Positions 38,098 through 51,688 of a stretch of 64,000 nt of DNA are shown piece after piece. The stretch is from Tubulanus polymorphus (lineage: Eukaryota > Animalia > Nemertea), in NCBI RefSeq assembly GCF_964204645.1, contig NC_134034.1, positions 7,166,914-7,230,913 on the forward strand, read 5' to 3'. A model generated the notes under the pieces. The model made no database searches. It had not been told where the DNA came from and saw nothing but the letters and a program-made list of their open reading frames with translations. The translations under genes and the position numbers were made by a program. Numbering within the stretch: the first letter of the stretch is position 1; every line of letters begins with the position of its first letter.

Positions 38098-40340
38098 ATT
38101 ATTAGGCCAGCCGTAGGCTGAGCCTATTACTATACAAATGGAGCGAATTTAAATGACATGGTTTCCACACAAAAGGCTCTTTTGCTTGCCAAGTGAGGGC
38201 ATATTCGAACAAATCACGTATTTAAGCGTAATCCATTCTCGGAATCGTAGCGAGCAGAATTTTGAAATAGGGTCTCATAAAAATGTTTTCTGCATTTTTC
38301 ACGAAAGTTAAATCGGGAAAATTTCAATTTTTATCAGCCAATCAGGAAGTTGTGTCTTCCCTGTGATTGGTTTATCTGAAAATATCAGCAGCTGTTCACG
38401 TGAATTATCGCGATTTCATTACTGGCGCTTTTGCGCATGACGTCATGTATCAACACGCGACAATACTTCCGCGTTCGCTACGTGTTCGCTGATTGGCCCA
38501 TTTACTGGGAAATTCCACAGAAGCCTAATGTGGTTTGTTACAAGCGCTGTGATTGGCCCGACCCGATTCTGGCATGGTTTTAGCTTAGTGGGTTCGAATC
38601 CCTTGACGGGTGAAGATGATGGATCCTATCAATATCTATTGAAACAAATAAGTTTCCCGGTTGGGCAGCCGCGGATATCTACCGGAAGTGTTCCGGTTCG
38701 ATATTTCGAGGTTTCTTTGAATTTTGGAGTGATATTGAAGTCCGGTTAATACCAGCGGTAGATTGTGAAAACCCATTGCATGATATTTGTATTACTTAAT
38801 CAACGAAAAGCGTCGGGGCCGCGCCAGGAGTTTTCGTGATTCAAGTAGCGCAATAGCCTACTTCTTCGTGTTCGTCCACCTCAATTTTCACTCCGCCGAT
38901 CTCTGACACGGCTCTGTCCCCGTCGGCGCTGTGATGGCACTTTCGTACCACCAAAATTTTTTATTTCTATATCAGGGAGGTCTGGAGAATAAAAAAGTCA
39001 AAATTTGGATATCACATAGGCCTGATTTCATCGAATAAGTCGACCATGGTCGTTACGTTTCCGTACTTATTACCACCTAAAACCGTCTGAACAATTTTGT
39101 CACAACCAACATTTCGTTTACAGAAATCAGGTGTTCACGTGAATCCGCGGTATCGTCTACTGTTTTACTTTCGGGTTTTATTTTAAGATTTAAAATTGTA
39201 TTTCAAGATCGATTTCTATGAAGTCTTTAGTTGATTTGGTGTTTGGGAGGAATTTTTATTTGCTCTACAGAAAATTCATCCTTGACAATTGCGCAAGGTT
39301 CGCGAAAAAAAGGTTTTACCAAAGATCGGGTGTATGACCTTGATATGCTAATTAGCCATGTGCCCGAATTGCAAATTCAATCAAATTTTATTCTGCCAAA
39401 AAATGTTAAATACAATTCGCTTTCCGAGAGTTAATGGTATGCTGCATGGAACAAAGTTGTTTTGAGATGGGTCTTGAAGCTATTGAGGTCGAGAGATAAC
39501 CATCTAGATAGTTCGTGAGAGTTCCAAAGTTTTGAAGACGCTTCAACGTAATGTCTTGATATTTGTTTTATACGTGTATCTACCCTAGACACATCTTCAG
39601 GCCAAAAACTGGCCCTGTCAGATTCAAGATGGCCGACTGGCAGCCATTGTTGTTCGCCAAAATCAGCACTTTTTACACATTTTTGAAGTTTTCGAGGGAA
39701 ATTTTGAAGACACTTTTATCAATAACCTTGATCATTCGTATATATTTGTATCCCCCGAGGGCCCATCGGCATGAGACAAATTGAGTCGATCGGACTCAAG
39801 ATGGCCGTACTGTGACCGTTTTTGTTCCCAAAAATGTCAATTTTGGCCTGAATTCTGAGTACCGTAGCTTTCTAATGGTGCGCCATGTTTGATTGCAATT
39901 TGTAATGGGTATTCTTTGGAAAGGGATCTTTTATATCCGAGAGGGTATTTTTGACCAGGCAATTATGACGCACTTGGCAGCCATCTTGGGGTCATCAGTA
40001 CTCATTCGTAGGTGGAAAAAAAGTTTTTCCACATCATAATTGATACTTAAGCATATTTTGCTACTATAATCAATTGGAAAGTTGTAGCTCATGACATGTT
40101 CTATGATCGAGGTGAGTTTCAAGCTCATTGGTTTTTTTATGGCCACCAGGGGGCGTTGAACAATACAATAACTTAGTATTTCTATATTACATTCGTTCCT
40201 GCTGTCTGTGTTAACACACGATTTTACTATGTAAATGATATTGAGCAGGGAGTGTATATTGATAAATATAACCCACAGATTACATCATTTATAAAAAGCA
40301 AATCTGACAGGCTGGCCATTGTGCCCCTTGGGGCTCTTGT
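38098..40340 (+). mobile_element. Possible Helentron-associated (HINE-like) non-autonomous element with nested repeats
   Basis: 5' TTATTAGGCCAGCCGTAGGCTG and 3' ACAGGCTGGCC (short subterminal IRs), followed by the GCCCCTTGGGGC stem-loop and CTTGT. The boundaries are an inference. Confidence 0.4.
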
Positions 40341-40589
40341 ATCAAATTTGTTGGGATTTATATATTTTGCGGCGGGAGAAATGTTAAATACTGTAAGCAA
40401 GCTTACCTGTATATCCTGTTGTTACCTTTTATGGTCGAGTTAGTACACGGTTTATTACTCACATTATTTGTACCTTATAAATACAGCATTGGGAATAAAT
40501 TCTATGTGATTTTTGTATCTGCGATATACGAGTGCGTATTATAAGTCTTTGGTGCGCCCGTTTGAGGGCCCGATCGTCGCATAGTTTTC

Positions 40590-40934
40590 TACAATATGTT
40601 TCATATTTATTTCCTATCAATCCTTCAAATTCTAAGTGAATAACTAGTTTATTACCATATCTATTAGTAATTGTTTCAATTTTTTAAATTAAATATATCT
40701 TATGCAATGTTAATTCTGTTAACTTTTTGAATTTATAATCTACAGATTTTGACATTTGTAGTCTCTATGATTCTAGTTAGGAATTCACTGTGTATTTGTT
40801 TACTCTCCATTTATTATACCTATTTTTTATTAGGTCTTCTGTTACATCACAGAAAACCCTATTGAGATTCGCGTGTTTCTTATTATTATTAGGGTTTCTG
40901 CTGCCTTCGCAGAAACCCTATTGTATTCCTGCTG

Positions 40935-40977
<43 letters not shown>

Positions 40978-41022
40978 GGGTTTCTCCTACCTTCGCAGAA
41001 ACCCTATTGTATTCCTGCTGAT

Positions 41023-41068
<46 letters not shown>

Positions 41069-41090
41069 TAATACTAAATTTATAAGTAAT
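40590..41090 (-). mobile_element. Isolated Maverick fragment (small OB-fold-like gene plus NRVFCE/poly-Asn repeats, with (TAT)n expansion)
   Basis: Matches 27830-28040 and 17190-17300. Confidence 0.7.
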
Positions 41091-41170
41091 GTCTGTATAT
41101 ATTTATTTGCGCACACCTATACACTGTGTTTCATCAACCAGTTGATGTTGACAGATATTGGAAGAAGAAG

Positions 41171-41816
41171 AATCCAAAAACAATCGGATCCACTCGCTCG
41201 TAATGAATGATTGGCTTCCGTTTATATAATTTATTGATCTTCTACTTCACATCTTAATCTTCTACTACACATGAACATTACTTCACATAATTTTCTTCTT
41301 TTCCTGACCATTAATACAGAGGACGATGATTTGTTTGCGGGCCGCCGTAGGTGGCCCGCAAACAAATCATCGTGCCACCTTTGAAATCTTCAATTTATAA
41401 TAGTTTGAATACGGGGTGATTGCCACTTGGGTTGTGACAATATTACTCCTAGTTTCGCTTATTCGATGAGAAGCCATTTTAACCTGGAAGTAACTGATAT
41501 TGACATGTTTGACATGCATCGAAAATGTAAAATGGAGGATGGGATCAACCGGTCTCTAACTGAAGGTAGAGACCGGCAACCAGTCTACGGATTATCCGGA
41601 TATTGTCACAACCCAAGTGGCAATCACCCCGTATTCAAACTATTATAAATTGAAGATTTCAAAGGTGGCACGATGATTTGTTTGCGGCAAACAAATCATC
41701 GTTCTCTCCAGGAAAAGAAGAAAAATAATTCATATGAAGTAGAAGATTAAAAAAATTATATAAACGGAAGCCAAATCATTCATTACGAGCGGGTGGATCC
41801 GATTGTTTTTTGAATT
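41171..41816. repeat. Foldback element with nested hairpins
   Basis: ~270-bp arms, with a perfect core 41371-41443 / 41600-41672 around a ~155-bp spacer. Confidence 0.88.
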
Positions 41817-42872
41817 TTTGCTACGCTGGGTGGCCCCGCAACCGCCAATTCGTTCGTTGGAATTAATACAATTTATATCTCCCAGTTATGATGTGATTGG
41901 GATTTTGAAAAATCAATCTTCTGAGAATAGAATGGTACCGGTATTAGTAGTACGTATTTATAGTTTAGTATCACGTAGTAAAGACTGCTTAGAGGGTGGA
42001 TGATATCCTCGTTAGTAAGCCTGTACCATGAAGTTCCTTATTGGCTTATCATAAAACCGTTCTTCTAAATATTCCAGACGGTAAATATGGACCGAACCTC
42101 AACTGCATATTAAAACACAACAAGGTGACAACTGCAGTCCTTGGTATGCCGATGTGATGAATAAATTCGACGATCATACAAACATTTCGGGGACAAAAAT
42201 CAGCGGTCAGATAATTTCCTAGAATTGGCATTTAAGTCCAACTTTCCCTAAGTTGAATAGCTCACAGACTTGGAATCATACCGAAAATAGCAATAGCGGA
42301 ATTTATTCCTATTTCACTCGGAATAAAACGAGGAAAGATTTTGGCGTACGATGGCGATCAAGATAACTTTTGAAATCTAAGATAGTTGATTCCTAGTCTT
42401 AGTTTCGTCAAGCGACTCCCTTTTGTTAAAATTTAATCATTCCTAGCTCACAAACGGTATAAACCTCGAAAATCACTAACTATAATGATTCTAGATCTCG
42501 AGTCGAAAGTTACCAATAATCCCTTAATGTGAAATTAAACTAGTGATGTCCAGCTCAGAGACTCTAAATTTACACAAACACTCGTGAAAAAAGGGCGATG
42601 ATTAACTCAGAAACTCAGAATGTACCTAACAAAATCACTTAATTAAAATTAAAAGGGCAATGATTTCAGCTCACAGCTCAGCTCAGCTCAATTTACCTAA
42701 AAAGTCAGTTGCGAAATTAAAAAAAGATGATTTCAGCTCAGAAACTCAGAATTTACCTAAATCACTTGTGAAATGCGATGATTTCACTTCAGAAATGTAG
42801 CGTTTTGACATCGCTCTCTTGAAAAGAATCCATTGTTGTTCTGGTGAGTTGTGTGTGATCCCGGTTGTCACT

Positions 42873-43645
42873 GCGAAAATAAAAGGGCGATCATTTCGGC
42901 TCAGAAACTAGGAATTTACCTAAAAAGTCGCTTGCGAAATTAAAAGGGCGATGATTTCGGCTCAGAAACTAGGAATTTACCTAAAAAGTCGCTTGCGAAA
43001 ATAAAAGGGCGATGATTTCGGCTCAGAAACTCGGAATTTACCTACAAAATCGCTTGCGAAATTAAAAGGGCGATGATTTCGGCTCAAAAACTCGGAAAAT
43101 ACATAAAAAGTCTCTTCCGAGATTAAAAGAGCGATCATTTCAGCTCAGAAACTCGGAATTTACCTACAGAATCACTTGCGAAATTAAAAGGGCGATAATT
43201 TCGGCTCAGAAACTCGGAATTTACCTAAAAAGTCACTTGCGAAATTAAAAGGGTGATGATTTCAGCTCAAAAACTCGGAAAATACCTAAAAAGTCACTTG
43301 CGAAATTAAAAGGGCGATGATTTCAGGTCAGAAACTCGGAATTTAGCTACAAAGTCACTTCCGAGATTAAAAGAGCGATCATTTCAGCTCAGAAACTCGA
43401 AATTAACCTACAAAATCACTTGCGAAATTAAAAGGGCGATGATTTCAGGTCAGAAACTCGGAATTTACCTAAAAAGTCACTTGCGAAATTAAAAAGGCGA
43501 TCATTTCAGCTCAGAAACTCGAAATTAACCTAAAAAGTCATTTGCGAAATTAAAAGGGCGATGATTTCAGCTCAGAAACTCGGAAAATACCTAAAAAGTC
43601 ACTTGCGGAAATAAAAGGGCGATGATTTCAACTCAGAAACAAGGA
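42873..43645. repeat. Minisatellite, 61-bp unit (AAAAGGGCGATGATTTCAGCTCAGAAACTCGGAATTTACCTAAAAAGTCACTTGCGAAATT), ~12 copies; degenerate copies upstream to ~42350
   Basis: Directly visible tandem array. Confidence 0.95.
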
Positions 43646-46600
43646 ATTTTTCGAAGTCGAAGGATTTGTCTTGGTCCCAAAAGATCCAACTTACGCAAGG
43701 CTTTTAAACTTCGGATAAACCGTCGAAATCACTTTTAAATTTTAAAACTAGTTATTCATAGCTCAGGAAGTCGGAAGAAACCCCACTTCATCTCTCCTTA
43801 CAGATTCGGCACTGGAAATTATTTTTTGAAATGTGTTTTAGTTACCCCACTAAAAAACGAGTCAATATGTTTAATGGATGGCTGAATTTTTAAATTTTGA
43901 TGCTATGTATGTTGCGCTCATCTTAATAACTATTCTAAACATTTAGGCTAAGTAACATCACGATGTGAATGCATTACACGTAGTATTATGATTGAAACAA
44001 TAAAAATAAATTCATGCTTCAAAATATTTCGTATTGGGGCTTACGTCGAGTACTTTACTTCAGTAATTATCATTAAATGATATGATAGATTGCCAGAAAA
44101 ATGTATTTGTAGGGCTGAACAGGTCATTCATGTTGGGCTCTGCATCAAAGATCTGGTCTGCAGCAGCGATGTGGGGGCCTCGAGATATTGCATTAGAAGC
44201 CTTGGCAGTACATAGGAATCGATCTGCAGTCTGGGCCGACCACAATTCGATATTTTTCCTTCTATATATTTGAGATATTTGCCCAACGGTGTTGTCTTCC
44301 AGTCAAAACTATAGATGCATAAACTACTCAACTAAAATGTTGAACTAAAACCCAATACGATAACGTGAACTTCGGAAATTGATGTCGGGGAATTTAACAT
44401 ATGTAGGCCCTAGTCGTATAAGGAATCAAGTATGCTGCATCGAATCGATCCTATTCCTTTTCAGCAATGGAAACACAACGCTATGGTCTTATTTGAAAAT
44501 ATCTTTATTGACATGTTAATATGCACAAAATCTGTAGAGATATGATTAATTCTCGATGACTACAACATTAATACATATGTGTCAAACCTACGATGGAGAA
44601 CCGAAACATTTTTTTCTCAACTATTTTTTCATTTTTTGACTGGTCCCCTGATGTACAACCATGGAGGACTCTTAGCAGAGACAACATGCCATGCAACAGA
44701 AATAATCTATTCCCACAATGGTTGGTACGTGGTATGGCAATAATGAATATTCCGACACTTTTGATAATTACAGCACAAAATTAATCTTTTACACAAGGGT
44801 CATTTTAAACTATGTACGATATACATGTACCTGAGGTTGATAGAAATTCCTCAAATCGAAAATAACTGAATCTACATAGGGGAATCAATATATACCTTGT
44901 AGACAAATGGCCATTTAACATCATTATCAATACATAACATGGTTTTCATAAAAATTGACTAATACGTAGTAGTGTATTCAAATTTTCAACTCCCCTGGTG
45001 TAGAGTATACTCATTAGTCACAGATTTCTACAGGTATATAACATGTGACAGTGCTAATGATTATTGAAAATGAAGAAAATCATACATTGGATAATATAGC
45101 AGCAATATTAGACAATTGGTGGTCACCAATTTTAATAGGGGTAGACCTCTTACCTGCTAATACACCAGGGTCAAGGAAATCAATATAGGTTGGCAGGCTG
45201 TATGGTGCCAATGAAAAATTCAAGATGGCAGACATGGCTGTCATGTTGGACATATCATCTAGCTGATAGATCACCATTTTCAATATCACCTCTTACCTGT
45301 TCCAACTCATACACAAACTTTCAAGAAGATTTATTAAGACTTACCGGCTGTAGAGTTCTAACAAACCTTACAGGAGGGTGGTGCAGGAGGGTTAGAGATT
45401 ATTACAACATTGAACATTTTGAAAGTTCAGATGAGAAACTAAGCTTCTTTCGCAAGTTATTTTGTACCAATGGAGGCACGTGTCATACATGAGCAAAAAT
45501 GGACTTCAGTAAAGCAAAAGTCCATAAAAATTATACGATGCCCCTAGGAAAGGCATCAAGACAACACATCAAAGTGTAATGAAAACGTTAAAAAGAAACC
45601 TGATTCCATCTATGGACACTCATAATCCTCAAATGGACAAAAATGTTTGAATATTCAATACAAGTTCATACCTGCAAATGCAAATCAATTATACAAATTC
45701 ACACATGGAATCAAAATTAGAAGAAGTTGCGTTGGCACAACCATAGAAGAGAATCTTCAATGACATAACAAAATAGAGAATATTCTTTTTTCAGAGTACA
45801 TTTTTAAAGGGGTCCAGGAACACTATACTATGTCTACTCGGAAAGTGATATGGAATGCCCAAAAATCAGACACTCCATGTCAAGTTTAAATATAGAATGA
45901 ATGGTGTGAATTTTAGTTAATTAAAGATTTCATATCGATATGAGCTTACTGTTTTGATCAGTTCAAAAACCTGGTGAAAAAAGGATAAATTGGGTCTGAC
46001 TATTTCAGATGGCTGGGAGTCACCTTCATTTCGGTCTGCAAATTATACATTTAGACTTTGCCTACGTACCTAAAATGGCGGACGATTCAACTTCATCTTC
46101 CGATCCGTCTTGTTCTTGTCATGATTGTCATGATTTTATGGCGGTGTTAGCACTCATCAATGAACACGAATTGAAGTCAAGAACTAAGTGGTGCGTCTGG
46201 TGGAAGGAAAAGTTCTCTGAATATAGTGGTGGTATGTTTATCTTTTACCGTAATTTTAATGTCTCTCTGACTCTAGTCTTGTTAATTGTTTTCTGTTCTA
46301 TCTATCTAGGCCTATAGTACAGTATAATAACTTATAAGCTGATGAGTGTTGTGTTAAGAAAGCACTTGTCGTGTTGACAAATGGCCTCGCAAACAGCATA
46401 TATACACCAGTACGAATAAGCCTTCATGTACTGTTTTTCGATATGATCGTATGCCTATAGGCTAATACATGCAGGCGCGCGTCACCGGAATTACAGATAT
46501 TATTGGGGCAAACCACTTCATTTCATTTCAGCGAAATCGCAATATAATGGTGATCATTACAAAGATTTGGTCGTAACCAAAATTATGGGGGACAGATGCT

Positions 46601-46990
46601 TCATCGCCCCCCCCCCCCATGATGCCGCTTTGACAAGCTGCCAGTTTTGCTTGGCCTAGCCTACTTATAGCCTACTAGCCTACTATAATTTTCTGGTTAT
46701 AATTTTAATTTTATAAATGCTTGACTTGAATGGACTTAATACCAAAACATATTTTTGGTGGGGGTGCAACATGCTTTTTTCTCTTTCACTTACTGCTTTT
46801 TGACTTAATGTTTTTGTCTAATACTCCATATAACATGTATATGATGTATTTTTGATAAAGGTTATTGGGATTATTACACAGCACAAATGTGGTGTCAATT
46901 AGTTCACATAAAAAATATGCTAATTATTTGAATATAGGAACATTTAAAGTTGTGGAAAATTTTTGTCCATCGTAAATGTGTGGACTCATT

Positions 46991-46994
<4 letters not shown>

Positions 46995-47081
<87 letters not shown>
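46995..47081. repeat. (AT)n microsatellite
   Basis: Perfect dinucleotide run. Confidence 0.99.
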
Positions 47082-47084
<3 letters not shown>

Positions 47085-47145
47085 TATATGATAATTGGAG
47101 GTAGGTAATTTGATAACATTTATTTTCTGCACACTTCGGCAACAG

Positions 47146-47242
47146 GACCCAGTTCCACAGTTGTGAGTTAGAGTTAAAGTTAGTTCATTTTCAATGTTTT
47201 AACCCAGGGTCAAATCTTAACTCAGAACTGTGGAACTGGACC
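47146..47242. mobile_element. 97-bp PIF/Harbinger-like MITE, TSD CAG
   Basis: TIR G(A/G)(C/T)CCAGTTCCACAGTT.TGAGTTA; CAG on both sides. Confidence 0.6.
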
Positions 47243-48298
47243 CAGGTGAGCTAATTTGGCCATTTTGGTTTGCTTTTTAACTTTTTACACATAATAATTT
47301 TTTATATCTTATTAACCCGATCGTTGTAGAGAAATGTTTGACAATCACCATATTTGTATATCAATGACTTGTAATATTCAACATATTGTACTCATTGTCA
47401 CCTAACATCATCTGCACCGTATGCACTATTAAAATGCTGTAAGGCCGTGTTGTAATCCATTTTTTTTAAGTCAATCAGAACTATGTACATGTATATTCAA
47501 ATTTTAAAATTGTGGAAGTTGATTTATATCAGAACAATGTGGTGTTTATTCAAATTAAGAAATTTGTGAAATAAAAAAGTTTGTATGGTACATATATGTT
47601 CATGGTTTTAGTTTATATTTTTCTTCAAGTTGAATGTAATTTGGGAGGACTTTTTAAGGAATTTCCTTTTGGATAGCCGATCTCCTGATTGGAAATAAGT
47701 TTCTATTGGTCATTAATTTGAATTTCATTCAGACAAAAAATGGGAATTTTGTTTGAACGAATTGCGCTGAAGGACCGAGTTCGTGGAACGATTTACGGGA
47801 TTCGAACCCAGTGTATTGGGCTACGTTACATCGTAGGTGAAGTCTAAATGCATAATTCGTTGACCGAAATGAAGGTGACTCCCAGCAATCTGAAATAGTC
47901 AGACCCGGATAAATTCGAGCCTCGACTATTTTTGCACCGGTAGCTGGCGCCATCTAATTAACAATAACAACGTAACAATATCAAGCTGGACCATCCTCGC
48001 TTGCCAGGGGTCCAGTATCACTCCCGAACTCGCTTCCACCAGCCCCCTGGCCTCACGAAGCGTGATTTCATTACTGGCGCTGTTGCGCATGACGTCATAT
48101 ATCGATTTGCGAAATACTTCCTTGTTCGGTAAAACGTTTGCTGATTGGTCCATTAAAACGGGAAAACCAACAGAAGTCTACTGTCGGTTTGTTACAAGCG
48201 CTGTGATTGGTACGACCGGATTCTGGTCGGCTAATAACGACTCCAACGACTCGTGAGGTCAAGGGGTTCGGGGAACAGCTTTAGCGTAGTGGGTTCGA

Positions 48299-48914
48299 AG
48301 GCGCTATTGCACCTTCGTACCCCCCTCCCAAAAATTTTTATTTCTCTATATTATTAATCGGGGAGGTCTGTAGAGTCAAAATAAATTACTTTTGACAAAA
48401 AAAATTAATTTTTTCCTAGCCAAAATTCTGATAATTTGGGGCCGATTTCCTCGATCCAAACCGATGGGTCGGCCATGTTTCCGCACTAATTACCACCTAA
48501 AAACATCTGAATAAATGTATCTCAATAAATTTAATTGAATTGAATTGATACAATTGAATTCGTTTTTGGGCATATAACTTTTCTTTATCAGAACATCTTT
48601 AGATCAATAGCTAAGTATGAAAATAATGCAAACATACACGTCATTTTCAGAGATGGTTATGTTTGAAAACATGGCTTTTGCAAAGTTTTAATGTCATGAC
48701 ATTTCAGTAGAGGGTTAGAAACTTTGATTGACATCCAATATGGCGTTGTTGACGTCGCGAATCGGCGATTTTACACGCGATTTAGGGCCAAAATATCTAA
48801 ATTTTAATCAAGTAAAAGTAAAAGTTACTGATTTTGAATCCCTAGACCTCCCTGATAATAAATATGCTGAAATAAACATTTTTGGGAGGGGGGTACGAAA
48901 GTGCAATAGCGCCT
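48299..48914. mobile_element. 616-bp MITE, TIR AGGCGCTATTGCAC.TTCGTACCCCC..., 6-bp TSD GTTCGA
   Basis: ~90-bp imperfect TIRs; TSD at 48293-48298 and 48915-48920; the empty site is seen in a paralogous repeat near 38590. Related ends at ~38930-39110 and ~62145-62360. Confidence 0.85.
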
Positions 48915-49597
48915 GTTCGAATCCCTTGACGGGTGAAGATGAATCCGGATGTGATAATAGAGTCGGCCCATATTGAATGGGACAGGCAACCAGTCTAAGG
49001 CCGATGCACAATCCGAGGTCACATGATTAAAAATGTCAGCTTCCACAGCTTCGAAATGGCGTAAGGCATCAGACCACAATTAGGTTAGTAACTTGATGAT
49101 GCGTAGGGCTAGATCCCAGATCCCAAATATAGGCCTAATGTCTATTTGAACCTGACTTAAGAGCATTCCGGGTGGCCTAGCTCGCTCCTTTTTGATTGTA
49201 CATACCTGATAAAAGTCTGGCTCAAGTCCGATATACGTCGAAATAGTGCGCTATGCTAGCTATATCCATAAAAAATTCAAATAGCTCCAATCTTACTGAA
49301 AGAAAGCTTGTTGGAATGGGGAGGGCTCAAATAACAATATGCTTTTTAAATTTTTGAATTATCTTCAGTAGTTTTCGAGATATCGCAAATTGAAGTTTGA
49401 AAATTAGAGCGAAAAGTGTCTTCATGTTTCAATACACAAAAACTGTGATCTAAGAAGGCAATATTTCATGTAAACAAACTTCAATATCTCTTAAACTAAA
49501 AGAGATAGACTAGAAATTTAAAGAGCAATACGCTCATAGCACTTTCAGGTGACAGTTGAAAGACCCAAAATTTTTATCTGATTTAAAATGCCTATGG

Positions 49598-51688
49598 TAG
49601 GGATTTCAGGTCACGTGATCAAAATGTGTCATAATTAGCGTTTTCCACGCTTCAAATTTTCAATCGCTCATTAAAAACGTATTCTATATCCGATTGAAGC
49701 CAAACTTGCTCAGTATACTCAATTTACCGGTTATTTGTTCTGGTGTAAATTTCATGAGTGTATCTTGCCTAGTTACGGAGCAATAAGTCGTAGTTCGGCG
49801 CGCGTTGGCTCATTTCTAGGAAACAAGATGGCGGCCATGTTTGTTCATGCATTTTTCAAACACGTGAAAAACGCATGCAATTTTTTCGGTCAAATCCGCG
49901 AGCCGGCTGCTGATTGGCTGGATATTTGACCTCAGAATATTTTAAGAACATGTTTCAAGTAGAGCATGTCGGTGTGTGCTAGTTTTGGTAGGCCCTGTAT
50001 CACTCGGAAAAAGTCGTAAACATAATTCAAAGTGCTCATACGCTAAAATTAATAATTTTAACAACTTGCACTCTACTACATGATAAAATAAGATACTTTA
50101 TATATTGTTTTCAATTATTACTTTTAAGATTGATTTAGTAGTCTTTTGCGGATTTTGACCTAAAGTCGGCAAGGCGCTTCAAATTGTTTACATCCGGGTC
50201 ACTGCCAGCTCACACCGGCTGCCAGCTGATCAATCAAAACACTTCCTGGTTCATTTTTACCACTCTAAATGTCAATTTAACAAGTAAAACGTCACTTTCA
50301 CTCAATAAACTCATACTTTATTACGAAATCGGCAATATATAAGACGAATAATGGTTAGGCCTACCCAATTTAAAAACTTTGTGTATTTTGCACAAGAATC
50401 CAAGTTTTGTCTAAATTTTAGCTCACTTTTTGCTAAAAAGAAATTTTATTTTTCCTATCTGCTTCACCTTTAGGTAACCATCTCATCTTGAATACTAGGA
50501 TATCCCTCTGAAAAGCAGTTGTTATTCATTTGTTCATGGTTTTTCAATTCCAATTGTCGACCCTTTCGCTAAATAACTGCCGCTGCTAGGCCTAAAATAC
50601 CCACCAACCAGTGGTTAATCAAATAGATTCTAGAGGATTATATTATCAATTTTCTTTTTCATTCGAATGACTTGCCTAGAAGGAGACCTTTAATTAGATA
50701 CCAAACATGACATACTTTTTTAAAATTGACTTTCCGATAAAATATCGACGCAAAACAAGATGGCCGCCATTCCTCGAGCCTCAATTTGAGATATCATGAT
50801 ATAGATATTTCATGGGTAAATCTGTTAGGGCCTAGGGATATCTAAAGAAAAACAAAGGCTTTTCCATTCATTTCAATTTGATTTAATTTCGGAAAACCAT
50901 GTAATACGTAGATCTCTTCAACGCTTTATCCTATTCTTCTGCGGCAAGTGAGTATCTGAAATATAATGATATTATTAGTATCTTTTATTTCAGAAGGCTT
51001 TAAAACATTGAACTTATCCACTAAGATTAGTTATTTCAAATAATAAAGGTCTATAAGGCCATATCGAATCAACTAAATACATTAAAGATGTAGTTAATTA
51101 GATTCAAGATGGCCGCCTTGATACTTACCTTATGGTTACCGTGGTAATCGGTATCACCCTGATGCACGATATCTTCGGTATATTATCTCAAAATTGATAT
51201 TCCATGTCTTAAGTATCATTTATCTTGAGAAATAAACTATAGTATTGCGTGTTAATGGTTATAGAAGTGGGTATTAATTAGATAATTAGTATGCAAATTA
51301 GCCTAATTTACATATTTGTGCAATTACTTACATGAATCTAAACAAACTTTGTATAGACAACATACTGACCAAGTTTGGTTTTAAACAGATAAAAATTCTC
51401 GGAGTTATATAGGTTTTAATGTTAAATTTGATTCCTTTATCTGGCTAAAAAGCAGCAAAACCTAGACACTTCCTGTCTGTTACTTTCATTGGAAATGAAC
51501 TAAAGTGTATTGCGCAATCGAATGACAAAAATACCCCAAATTTCCACCCTTAGATTGCTTATAACTTTTGAACCTCTTGACCAATTTCGATTCTGTAAAG
51601 TGCTGTATGCTTATGCTATCCCCTTCTTCATTTTAAGCTATTAGAAAGACACATAGGACACATAGAAATTTTCAACCTGAAATCCCTA
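49598..51688. mobile_element. Non-autonomous TIR element, TIR TAGGGATTTCAGGT, 7-bp TSD CCTATGG (hAT-like)
   Basis: Perfect 14-bp TIRs; CCTATGG on both flanks; no ORF. Confidence 0.75.

Noticed and set aside
38575-38610. tRNA gene (GGTTCGAATCCC)
   Set aside because: A-box-like and B-box-like motifs are fused with no anticodon arm or cloverleaf.
42873-43645. CRISPR-like 61-bp periodicity
   Set aside because: The whole unit is repeated; it is an ordinary minisatellite.
44060-44790. Possible host exons on the minus strand
   Set aside because: Coding-like composition but an in-frame stop and no recognisable domain; cannot be supported.
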